Part shown: piece by piece, positions 10,532 to 21,265 of the stretch
How the letters are laid out: each line of letters opens with the position of its first letter
How positions within the stretch are numbered: position 1 is the first letter of the stretch
DNA from: Mustelus asterias
Taxonomy: Eukaryota
DNA: 64,000 nt
Assembly (NCBI RefSeq): GCF_964213995.1
Contig: NC_135806.1
Span: 66,588,001-66,652,000 of the forward strand
Reading direction: 5' to 3'
The notes under the pieces: generated by a model
What the model was told of the DNA's origin: nothing
The model's input: the letters and a program-made list of their open reading frames with translations, nothing else
Database searches by the model: none
Translations under genes and position numbers: made by a program

Positions 10532-11555
10532 GGGGCGGGGGGGGGGGGGATTCTCCCATCCTGTTGCGCGAAGTTCTCGCGTGGCCAATTTGCGGGAATC
10601 GCGCATGCGTTCCCGCTCCGAAAGAGTCTCCCAGTCCTGGATTTCTAGCGGCGAAAGTTCCGTGCTGGAAATCAGTGGGGAGGCACCAAGACCATTTAAA
10701 TGGTCATTTTAATATAATTTAAATGTAATTAGAAGACCCGTTAGCATCACCCCCGCCCAGCTCGAGTGACTCCCCACTAATGGGGAACTAGTGGCCTGAA
10801 GTGGAGGGGGGGGCAATTGGGGCCCCCCCCCCAAAATGGTCAGGCAGCGGGAGGTGCCCCTGGGCATTGGCATCTTGGCAGTTCCAGCCTGGCCCCTGGC
10901 ACTGCCCAAGGGACAAAGTGCTAATGCTCAAGGGGCACCTTGGCACTGCCCATCAGGCAGTGGAAAGGGGGTGGAGCCTATGGGGGCAGGGCCTGATGGG
11001 GTGGGGGGTTCCTGCTGCCACTCTGCAGACGGGATTGGTGGGGGGAGGAGGGAAGCCAGTGAGTGAGGGGGAGGATGGGGGGGCATGTGGAGAGGGTACT
11101 GGGGGTGGGTGGTTCAGGACTGCGGGCTGGGGAATCGGGGAGGGGTGGTGGAGGAGGGTGCTGGAAATCAGGGTGGGCCGGAGGGGAGGGGGGGGAGTTC
11201 GGGGCTGGTGCAGGTATGGTTGGGGGGTCAGCAATCGGGCCATGGGGGGAGTGCGGAGGGCTGGCGATACGGGAATTGCGGGGCTGGCCAGCAATCGGGA
11301 ATATGGCAGCGTGGGGCCACTGCGCATGCGTCGATCTTGGCACTGACAAATCGGCGCATGCGCAGTGACCCACTCAGCGTTATTTTGCCAGCCTCCCAGG
11401 CAGGAATTGATTTTAATGATATACATGTTAGTGGCCTCTGCAGTGCACAGAGTGTGGGAGATTCTCCTCTGAACTCCCACTGAAATAACCAGTGCAAATT
11501 ACTCCAGTTTTCACGTCAATTTGACACTTAGAATTTTTTTGGGAGAATTCCAACC
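10532..11555. mobile_element. GC-rich Harbinger-type MITE inserted in Gypsy gag
   Basis: Ends GG...GGATTCTCCCA / TGGGAGAATTCCAACC; CACTTAGA at 11525-11532; interior similar to 8815-9908. Confidence 0.7.
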
Positions 11556-11979
11556 AAGAGTGTAATTTCTCAGAAGCTGAAATATCCGAACCAATAATGG
11601 GACTGGTTATAGCTTCAATGCCAACTGAAAAAAAAGAAAGGTCATGATTGTTCCACAGGAGCAGGCTGAGGGTAAGGGAGCTTGTGTGTGCACTAATTTA
11701 TTTAATTATTTTTTCAGTTAAATTAGTGAAAAAAATCGGAGGTTTTTTTCTAAACAGGAAATAGGCCCAGCAGCAGCCTGGGAAGGTTTTGGAGGGTTTA
11801 AAAGTATGCCACACCTTTGAGCGGGCAGCGTCGTTAGCGGGCAGTGGAGTGAGCAGGGGACAGAGTGAGAGCTAAAAGGGCTTTGGCTCACAGGGCTTCG
11901 GCGAAGGCGAGGAAGGTTGTTTGTTTGTTTTTCTTCGGTTACACCCCCTTTTTGTTTTATCCCCAAAACTAAAAAGGGC

Positions 11980-13008
11980 ATGGCTGGTATGAGTGGGAGG
12001 CCAGTATACTGCATTCGGTGTGGGATGTGGGAGTTCCTGGAGACAACTTGCCTCCCGGAAGTCCATATCTGTGCCAGATGTGTGGAACTGCATCTCCTGA
12101 AGGATCGTGTAAGGGAGCTGGAGCTGAGGCTCGATGAACTCAGTTTAGTTAGGGAAAATGAGAGAGTAATAGATAAAAGTTATAGTCAGGTAGTGACACC
12201 AGGGTCTCGGAAGGAAGACACGTGGGTCACAGTTAGGAGGGGTAATAGTCAGAAGGGTGATGTGCCAGAAAGTACCCCAGTGGCAGTCTCCCATAAAAGA
12301 AAGGAATGGGCAACAGATGGGAGAAGGGAAGGGAGTGAGCAGTCTGTGGAGGGATCCCCTGTGGTTGTCCCCCTCCAAAATAGGTATCTTGTTTTGGATT
12401 CTGTGGAGGGGGATGACCCTCCAGGAGTAAGCCACGAGGACCAGATCGCCTCCACGGAGACAGGCTCAGGGGTCCGGAAGGGAAAGAAGGGGTTTAGGAG
12501 AGCGATAGTTGTGGGGGACGCAATGGTTAGAGGCACGGACAGGCGCTTCTGTGGGACTGAACGAGAATCCAGGATGGTAGTCTGCCTCCCTGGTGCCGGG
12601 GTACTGGATGTCTCCGAGAGGGTAGGAAGCATATTTAAAAAGGAAGGTAGTCAAACGGATGTGATTGTACACATTGGGGGAAATGATGTAGGTAGGAAGA
12701 GCAGGGGGGTCATACGAGAGAAATTCAGGGAGTTGGGTGCTAGGCTAAAAAGTAAGACCTCCAGGGTAGCAATATCTGGACTGCTCCCGGTGCCTAGTGC
12801 AAGTGAGGCTCGGAACAGGGAGATTCTACAGTTGAACGCGTGGCTAAAGGACTGGTGCAAGAGGGAGGGTTTTAAATTCATAGATAACTGGGAAATCTTC
12901 AAGTCAGGATGGCAACTGTACAGAAAGGATGGGTTACACCTTAACTGGAAGGGAGCAAATATCCTGGCTGGGAGTTTTGCTAGAGTGTTTCGGCAGGATT
13001 TAAACTAG
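11980..13008 (+). CDS. CR1 ORF1 protein (zinc finger, leucine zipper, SGNH esterase-like domain)
   Basis: MAGMSGRPVYCIRCGMWE...HICARC zinc finger; LKDRVRELELRLDEL coiled coil; IVVGDAMVRG, HIGGND and DGLHLN esterase blocks; first ATG at 11980; no internal stop. Confidence 0.92.
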   Translation: MAGMSGRPVYCIRCGMWEFLETTCLPEVHICARCVELHLLKDRVRELELRLDELSLVRENERVIDKSYSQVVTPGSRKEDTWVTVRRGNSQKGDVPESTPVAVSHKRKEWATDGRREGSEQSVEGSPVVVPLQNRYLVLDSVEGDDPPGVSHEDQIASTETGSGVRKGKKGFRRAIVVGDAMVRGTDRRFCGTERESRMVVCLPGAGVLDVSERVGSIFKKEGSQTDVIVHIGGNDVGRKSRGVIREKFRELGARLKSKTSRVAISGLLPVPSASEARNREILQLNAWLKDWCKREGFKFIDNWEIFKSGWQLYRKDGLHLNWKGANILAGSFARVFRQDLN

Positions 13009-15934
13009 TGTGGCAGGGGGGTGGGGAACAAAACAGGAAGTCAGTAAATACTGAGGCTGGGGTCGAGCTGGGGGCCAGGGCAAGGCTAGCTAAGAAGAGG
13101 AGCACTCTGGAGGAGGAGGACCTGACTGGGCCTGGAGGTCTGGAGTGCATCTGCTTCAATGCGAGGAGTGTAACGGGTAAAACAGACGAACCTAGGGCCT
13201 TAATGCTTGTGCGGAATTTGGATGTGGTTGCGGTGACGGAAACTTGGTTAAAAGAAGGACAGGACTGGCAGCTGAATATTCCGGGGTATAAGTGTTTTAG
13301 GCGAGACAGAGGAGGGGCTAAAAAAGGTGGGGGAGTAGCGATATTAGTTAAGGAGCATATTACCGCGGTGCAGAGGGTAGACAACTTAGAGGGGTCATGT
13401 ACTGAGTCGCTGTGGGTGGAACTCAGAAACAGGAAGGGTGCAGTCACTATGCTGGGGGTGTACTACAGACCACCCAACAGCCCACGGGAAGTGGAGGAGA
13501 GGATATGTCAGGAGATTCTGGATAGGTGCAGAAAACATAGGGTTGTTGTAGTGGGGGACTTTAATTTCCCTGGCACAGACTGGAAAGCGCTGAGAGCTGG
13601 GGGACCGGACGGGGAGGAATTTGTAAAATGCGTACTGGAAGGTTCTTTGGAACAGTATGTAGATAGCCCGACTAGAGAGGGGGCTATACTGGACCTAGTT
13701 CTGGGAAATGAGCCCGGTCAGGTCGTCAAAGTTTTGGTAGGGGAACATGTGGCAAATATTGACCACAACTCTGTTAACTTTAGGATAGTAATGGACAAGG
13801 ATGAGTGCTGTCCTACGGGCAGGGTGCTAAATTGGGGGAAGGCTGACTATAGCCGGATTAGGCAGGAATTGGTGGATGTTGATTGGGAGAGGATGTTCGA
13901 GGGTAAGTCCGCGTCTGGCATGTGGGAGTCTTTTAAGGAACTATTGATAAGGCTGCAGGATAGGCATGTGCCTGTAAAAAGGAAAGATAGGAAAGGTAGG
14001 ATTCGAGAGCCGTGGATAACCAGGGAAATTGAGGATCTGATTAAAATGAAAAGGGAGGCGTACGTTAAGTCCAGGCAACTGAAAACAGATGGAGCTCTGG
14101 AGGAATACAGAGAGAGTAGGAAAGATCTCAAACGGGGAGTTAGAAGGGCAAAAAGAGGTCACGAGATGTTCTTGGCAGGCAGGATTAAGGAGAATCCTAA
14201 GGCATTCTATTCATACGTTAGGAACAAAAGAGTTGTCAGGGAGAAAATCGGACCTCTCAGGGACAAAGGAGGGGAATTATGCTTAGAACCCAAGGGAATA
14301 GGGGAGATCCTAAATGAATACTTTGCATCGGTATTCACGAAGGAGAGGGGCGTGTTAACCGGGAGTGTCTCGGAGGGAGGTGTTGACCCGTTAGAGAAAA
14401 TCTCCATTACGAGAGAGGAAGTGTTAGGTTTTTTAGGGAACATTAAAACTGACAAAGCCCCAGGGCCTGATGGCATCTATCCTCGACTGCTCAGGGAGAC
14501 GAGAGGTGAAATTGCTGGGCATCTGACGGAAATCTTTGTCGCTTCTTTGGACACGGGTGAGGTCCCTGAGGATTGGAGGATAGCGAATGTGGTCCCGTTG
14601 TTTAAGAAGGGTAGCAGGGATAACCCAGGAAATTATAGGCCGGTGAGCTTGACGTCCGTGGTAGGGAAGTTGTTGGAGAGGATTCTTAGAGACAGGATGT
14701 ATGTGCATTTAGAACGGAACAATCTCATTAGTGACAGACAGCATGGTTTTGTAAGAGGGAGGTCGTGCCTTACAAATTTGGTGGAGTTTTTTGAGGAAGT
14801 GACAAAAACGGTTGATGAAGGAAGGGCCGTGGATGTCGTCTATATGGATTTCAGTAAGGCATTTGACAAAGTCCCACATGGCAGGTTGGTTAAGAAGGTT
14901 AAGGCTCATGGGATACAAGGAGAAGTGGCTAGATGGGTGGAGAACTGGCTTGGCCATAGGAGACAGAGGGTAGCGGTCGAAGGGTCTTTTTCCGGCTGGA
15001 GGTCTGTGACCAGTGGTGTTCCGCAGGGCTCTGTACTAGGACCTCTGCTATTTGTGATATATATATAAATGATTTGGAAGAAGGTGTAACTGGTGTAATC
15101 AGCAAGTTTGCGGATGACACGAAGATGGCTGGAATTGCAGATAGCGAAGAGCATTGTCGGGCAATACAGCAGGATATAGATAGGCTGGAAAATTGGGCGG
15201 AGAGGTGGCAGATGGAATTTAATCCGGATAAATGCGAAGTGATGCATTTTGGGAGAAATAATGTAGGGAGGAGTTATACAATAAATGGCAGAGTCATCAG
15301 GAGTATAGAAACACAGAGGGACCTAGGTGTGCAAGTCCACAAATCCTTGAAGGTGGCAACACAGGTGGAGAAGGTGGTGAAGAAGGCATATGGTATGCTT
15401 GCCTTTATAGGACGGGGTATAGAGTATAAAAGCTGGAGTCTGATGATGCAGCTGTATAGAACGCTGGTTAGGCCACATTTGGAGTACTGCGTCCAGTTCT
15501 GGTCGCCGCACTACCAGAAGGACGTGGAGGCATTGGAGAGAGTGCAGAGAAGGTTTACCAGGATGTTGCCTGGTATGGAGGGTCTTAGCTATGAGGAGAG
15601 ATTGGGTAGACTGGGGTTGTTCTCCTTGGAAAGACGGAGAATGAGGGGAGATCTAATAGAGGTATACAAGATTATGAAGGGTATAGATAGGGTGAACAGT
15701 GGGAAGCTTTTTCCCAGGTTGGAGGTGACGATCACGAGGGGTCACGGGCTCAAGCTGAGAGGGGCGAAGTATAACTCAGACATCAGAGGGACGTTTTTTA
15801 CACAGAGGGTGGTGGGGGCCTGGAATGCGCTGCCAAGTAGGGTGGTGGAGGCAGGCACGCTGACATCGTTTAAGACTTACCTGGATAGTCACATGAGCAG
15901 CCTGGGAATGGAGGGATACAAACGATTGGTCTAG
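13008..15934 (+). pseudogene. CR1 ORF2 (APE endonuclease and reverse transcriptase) with a single +2 frameshift at ~15057-15067
   Basis: APE motifs FNARS, VTETW, GVYYRPP, GDFN; RT motifs NYRPVSLTS, QHGF, DFSKAFD, GVPQGSVLGP, KFADD. ORFs 13008-15068 and 15074-15934 join if one AT unit is removed. Confidence 0.93.
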
Positions 15935-17754
15935 TTGGACCAAGGAGCGGCACAGGCTTGGAGGGCCGAAGGGCCTGTTTCCTGTGCTGTACTGTTCTTT
16001 GTTCTTTGTTCTTTGATAGTGATACACTGCTAAAAGACGACAGAAATATGAAGCCACTGTACCTGGACAACAATATCTACACGCATTAGATCCAACTAAC
16101 AGCACTGGTGCAGTAGCCCGGAAGCAGAAGGCAAAGAAGCCATGTGGGAAGTGTGGTCTGCTGCATCTACCATAAAGCTGTGCTGCATTCCAAGATCTTT
16201 GTAAGTTATGTGGTGTAAAAGGACATTGATCTCACCTGTGCACGAAATCTCATTCCAGATGTGACCAGAGGTAAGATACAACCAGACAAAGAGGTATGGT
16301 GCAGCATACTGGCAGCAACAACAGGATATACACCAGAGACACACATAAGCACAAGCATTTATGAGGTTAGCAGCAAAACAGACCACGGTGAAGATGTAGA
16401 GTGGAACGATCTTCAACTAGAAAACCAACAGGCTGTATATGTGACAGAACTTGAGAGTGAAGTCAAACAATTAGAAACTTTTCTTACTATCAACATCATA
16501 TGCCAAAGAAAAGTGGCAAACACGTGCTCACAGCCAAAGTTGACACAGGAGCGAGTGAGAATATCTTTTCAGTCAGAATACTGAATGGTATGTATCTGGA
16601 TAGTTAGAAGCCAATGATACAACCTACAACAGACAGACGCACTGTGTACAATGGGTCACCCATTCATTGTATAAGGACATTGACACTGAAATGCAGCTAT
16701 GGCAAGTCTGCGTGAAAACCACAAGAATTCTACCGGGTGGATATGAGCAGACCAGCTGTAGCAGGGTTACTGGCATGAATGGAAATCAATAATATGGCCA
16801 TGCACAACATCACCATGATACTAATCACAACAGAAGAAGCCAAGAATAATTACATGGAGTCATTCAATGATCAGCAACAGATGTACCCAGACAGATTCAA
16901 CACCATAGGGAACTGCAGAGGTGATGATGTACTACACCTCAGAGAAGACGCATTTCCATTGATTGATCCTCTTAGTGCTGTGTGCACATGCAGCAGAAGC
17001 TGAAGATTGAGTTGGATGACATGGAGCATAACAGCATTATCCTTCATGTTGCTCAGCACACCAATCGGTGCAGTTCCATCACATATGTGCTGAAAAAAGA
17101 TGTCATGTTCCAGGTGTACTTGGCCCAAAATGTATAAATCTTGCTCTAAAGAGATGCCCACACAAGGTTCCAACATCAGAGGAATTGCATCCCAATTCAC
17201 ATGAGGAAGGTTTTTTTTCCAAGTTGGATGCCAGACACTGATATTGATTAGTTAACTTGGCAGAGGGATCTCAAGAAATCACTACTTTCAGAACACCATT
17301 CAGGAGATACTGTTTCCAGAGATTACCCTTTGGTTTATCCATCAGTTAGGATCTGTTCTAGCAGTATAATGACAAAACCAAAAAAGGGCATGACCAAAAT
17401 CTACACTCACTGATGGCAGCAATTTGTTGTGAAGGATTCATCTTCAATGCAAGAAATGGCAGGTGAATGTGGATCAGATTAACCTCTTCGGTACAATATA
17501 CTCAAGTTCTAATCCATCCTGACTCAGGCAAACTCAAAATGTATGAGGCATGCCTACTCCCCAGAACAAAGAGGACTTGCAGAGATGCCTCCAATATTTC
17601 AACTTCTTAGCACCAAACTTTCCCAACTTTGCTAATAGAGTATCATTACTTGGAAAATCCTTTCTTAATAGGTTTCTCTATATGTATGGCAGGAGGGCCA
17701 TCAACACATGTTTCAGTTGCTTAAACAGGCATAGTCCGAAGAAACATTTATTCT

Positions 17755-17815
17755 AAAGTTTATTTATTAGTCACAAGTAAGGCTTACATTAACACTGCAA
17801 TGAAGTTACTATGAG
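17755..17815 (-). mobile_element. Isolated 3' tail of the alternative-tail SINE or its partner LINE
   Basis: AAAGTTTATTTATTAGTCACAAGTAAGGCTTACATTAACACTGCAATGAAGTTACT matches the tails at ~3265-3322 and 61428-61500. Confidence 0.75.
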
Positions 17816-18629
17816 ACAATCGTAGAGGTCGAAGCATCTGAAAAAGGGTTAGGAATGTGCATTATGCAAGATGGCAAACCAATTGCATTTGGTTCCAAAG
17901 GTCTACTACGAGCACAATCCAATTATTCAAATGCAAAGTCTGAGACACTTGTTCTAGTTTTTGTATCACAAGGTTCTTGTTTGGTAAATGATTCATTGTG
18001 GAAACTGACTACAAACCATTGGAAATTATTTAGCACCAGCCACTGATGTGAGCCATCCAGACTACAACGACCCCTGATAAAATCATAAAACTTCAGAGTC
18101 CTGGTAGCTAAATTGTCATGCACAGAGCAGAAACAAAAACTGGATGTCTCTCTTGCCAAACAAGTAGACAACGTAGACACCAGCCATGATGTACGTAGTG
18201 TTGACGTGATCAATTTTGACCAACACAAGTACAACCCACTTCAGGAGGAAATAGCAAATAATCCACAAGTGAAGGCATTAAGGCGAGTCATTGTGGAAGA
18301 ATGGTCTGATGTGATACAAGAGCCAGACACCCTTGGATGTTTTTGCCGTACAAGAGATGAATTTCAAGGAGTGTAATTTTCATGGGTAAACAAGTGCTTT
18401 TATCTGATGCTTTCTGCCAGGACATATTATTGTAGCTATACCAGGGACAATTGGACATTGAGTGAACAAGGCACTTGGCAAGGTGTACTGCACATTGCTC
18501 AGTGATCAACAACAATATCAAGAAAACAGTGAAGGTGTGCAAAGCATGCCAGAGGCACCAGTTACATCAACACAAAGAACATTTACATCTTGGTGAAATT
18601 CCATTGTACCCTTGGTCTAAAATCGTGAA

Positions 18630-18751
18630 AGACATGGACTCCAGCAGTTTAAGAAGGTGGCTCACCATCACCTTTTCAAGGACAATTAGAGATGGCCAAT
18701 AAATGCTGGCCCAGCCAGTGATGTCCATATTTTATGAACTAATAAAAAAAA
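18630..18751 (+). mobile_element. L2 LINE 3' terminal fragment
   Basis: AAGAAGGTGGCTCACCATCACCTTTTCAAGGACAATTAGAGATGGCCAATAAATGCTGGC...AATAAAAAAA. Confidence 0.7.
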
Positions 18752-19139
18752 GATTTATTCACTATCCAAGCAATAACTTTCTCCTAGACACTGGCTACAT
18801 TTCTAAGATTCTGATCACAGACAACTGAAGGATGCCTCAAGTATATCTGTGCAGACACAATGGGGGAGGATTTTCTGCTCCTGTTTTCAGGCAGTGGTGG
18901 CAGGGGTGGAGAATCCTGTGAAAGCTTCAAAACAATTTTTATGCCAGTGGGATTTCCCTGATCAATTGTCTTCATGGGCCGCAAATAACGTACCAAGAAT
19001 CCTGACTTTAAAAGTTGGGATCCTTATTTGCATACATTTAATTATATTTATCAGGCCTTTACTTGTGATAGTCCCCCCACATTAAGTTGTCCATTCACAT
19101 CGGGGCACCCTTTGTAAAGCTACGTTGCTGGTGGGGCGG

Positions 19140-20240
19140 ACTCAATCAGATTTTCTCAAAAGATCTCTTGCTGTGCTTCCTTTCAGAACTGTGCATTATC
19201 TCATTGATGTAGTGGCTCAATGATGACAGCTAAGTTAGATAGGAACTTCCTATTTGGTTTAGCATATCCTCTGGAGCTCAATTGTGTTCTGAGGAACTAG
19301 AAACTCCTTGATTGCTCTTGTCTTCTGTCAGTTAACTCTGACATCGGATGCATCCACCATATGCCCAAAGTCAGCTGTGGGAGTGTAAGTCCTGCTTCCT
19401 GTAGATGTTATAACACAGCTCACATTCTAATGTCATGTTTTGTCTGAGTGGATCCATCAATCAGACGCCATCCATGTGACATATGAGTCCATCCAATCCT
19501 CCTGGTATACTTGACATTGTCCTCTGGAAGATTTCGGGTGCTCATGTGATGCTGAAAGCTCATCTGTTGAAATAAAATCTCTCAAAAGTATAATGAAGGC
19601 GTCAGCAACTTAAATTCTTCATCAAGGGGTAGTTGCCAAAAAACACTACTTGCATCTTCCTTTGCAAAGTTAGAACTCTTTCCCAATTTTGTGAAGCTCT
19701 CATCCATAGAGGACATAGGTTGAACTTTGAACATAGGTTCAACTGTTCGGTTTGGATGGGTAAAATCCACACAAATTCTGATAGATCCATTGGGCTTTGA
19801 CATTGAGGCTATCCCTGGGCACCAGTTTGTTGGTTCTGTCACAGGTGACATTAGCCCTTGCTTCAACACCAAGTCACTTTCCTTCTTTATCTTTTGGCAA
19901 GAGTGAATGAGGAGGTTTTCCGAGTATAAAAGGGACACTGGCATTGTTTTAGATGTAGAATGATATTGTATGCTGTTTTCAGCTTTCCTAATCCTGTGAA
20001 CAGCTGTAAAAATTCAGCTCTGAAGTTTTTAGGCTGATCTCCTCAGCTTTCCAGTTCCTGTGTCTATGAATCAGATGTAAGTCAGGACAACCTTTCCTGC
20101 TTAAGAGTGAACAATCCTGGTTCAGGGTCACATATCAGGCTTCAGTGATTTCAAAATGTTGCATTCAGTTATCCTATAACCTTGTGTCCTATGTAGTTTT
20201 TGTATGATGGCGGAAGGGAGCTTTTCTCCATCTATGGTTC
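19140..20240 (-). mobile_element. Second decayed Gypsy pol (RT) fragment
   Basis: ORF 19582-19944: PVTEPTNWC...KPNGSIRICVDFT...FAKEDASSVFWQLPLDEE. Confidence 0.85.
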
Positions 20241-20295
20241 AACGTCAGAAAGAACCAAAACTGCTGCACTTTTGTTTAACTTAGTGTGTCTTAAC

Positions 20296-20600
20296 CATAG
20301 AATCTCTACAGTACAGAAGGAGACCATTTGGCCCATCGAGTCTGCACTGACCACAATCCCACCCCAGGCCCTATCCCCATAACCCCATGCATTTACCCTA
20401 GCTAGTCCCCCTGACACTAAGGGGCAATTTAGCATGGCCAATCCACCTAACCCGTACATCTCTGGACTGTGGGAGGAAACCCATGCAGACACTGTGAGAA
20501 TGTGCAAACTCCACACAGACAGTGACCCAAGCCAGGAATTGAACCCAGGTCCCTGGTGCTATGAGGTAGCAGTGCTAACCACTGTGCCACCGTGTTGCCC
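20296..20600 (-). mobile_element. HE1-like V-SINE
   Basis: Head, V core and CR1-type tail on the minus strand. Confidence 0.85.
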
Positions 20601-21134
20601 ACGGTGAGAGATGATCAAGGATTCCATCCAGCCATTGAGGGAACTTGAATCAAGAGTAAATATGTATTTTAAGAAAACCTCTCAGGTAGAGATATATAGA
20701 AATCCACAAAGATAAAACTATCATATTAGCTTACCTTTGAACTAGAATTTTTGTTTATATTCTTTAAGGGGAAAAGTTAATCAAGTGCCAGAAACCAGTA
20801 CAAAGTGAATGGTTTGCCTGGATATGAATCCCTAGATGTCATCCTGATGTGTGTAGAGAATTGGGTCTCGGACATCACCTATATAAAACTGGTGACCTGC
20901 GAATGTCAACTGGATATTTTGTTGGAGCTCATTGTTGGAGCCTGGAAATTTTGGCTGTTCCGACATGGAGCCAGACTTCAGATACATCTCAGTGGATGGC
21001 AGTGGGAAGTGAATGGGGGAAAGGACAGCCTGGGTTGGCAGCAGTCAAGAGTATTGCTGGGGATTTCTCCTCCCAGCTCCACATCTGCGTATCCTTTTCC
21101 CAGCGGTGTCCAGCAGTCCTTTAAGGATCAGGGT

Positions 21135-21265
21135 GATCAACAAGGGAGTCACGGGTTATGGGGTGCAGACGGCAAAGATCTGATCAGTTGTGATCTTATG
21201 AAATGGCGGAGCGGGCTCAAGGGCCAAATGGCCTCCTCATTCTCCTAATTCTTGTGTTATGTGTT
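21135..21265 (+). mobile_element. Short CR1 3' end
   Basis: GGCTCAAGGGCCAAATGGCCTCCTCATTCTCCTAATTCTTGTGTTATGTGTT terminal motif. Confidence 0.6.

Larger units (their letters stand above)
11650..16014 (+). mobile_element. Young, essentially full-length CR1 LINE
   Basis: 5' UTR, ORF1, ORF2, 3' UTR hairpin GGCACAGG...GGCCGAAGGGCC...CCTGTGCT and (GTTCTTT)3 tail; Gypsy gag resumes on both sides. Confidence 0.95.
10190..18845 (+). mobile_element. Decayed Gypsy LTR retrotransposon internal region, split by a MITE, a full-length CR1 and short tails
   Basis: Gag pieces at ~10400-10530, 11556-11650 and from 16015; zinc knuckle PCGKCGLLH...CKLCGVKGH (~16135-16230); protease AKVDTGA (~16533); RT FSKLDA...TTFRTPF.RYCFQRLPFGLS (~17210-17340); RNase H QDGKPIAFGSKGL (17855-18046); integrase start ~18430-18630. 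Many stops and frameshifts. Confidence 0.85.

Noticed and set aside
10801-11497. Several overlapping 100-180 aa ORFs on both strands
   Set aside because: Gly/Pro-rich products of G/C homopolymer tracts in a MITE; stop codons are rare by composition. The same applies to ORFs at 8916-9883, 39973-40637 and 55516-56679.
12145-16105. Antisense ORFs over the CR1
   Set aside because: Shadow frames of the real ORF1 and ORF2 with no independent motifs.
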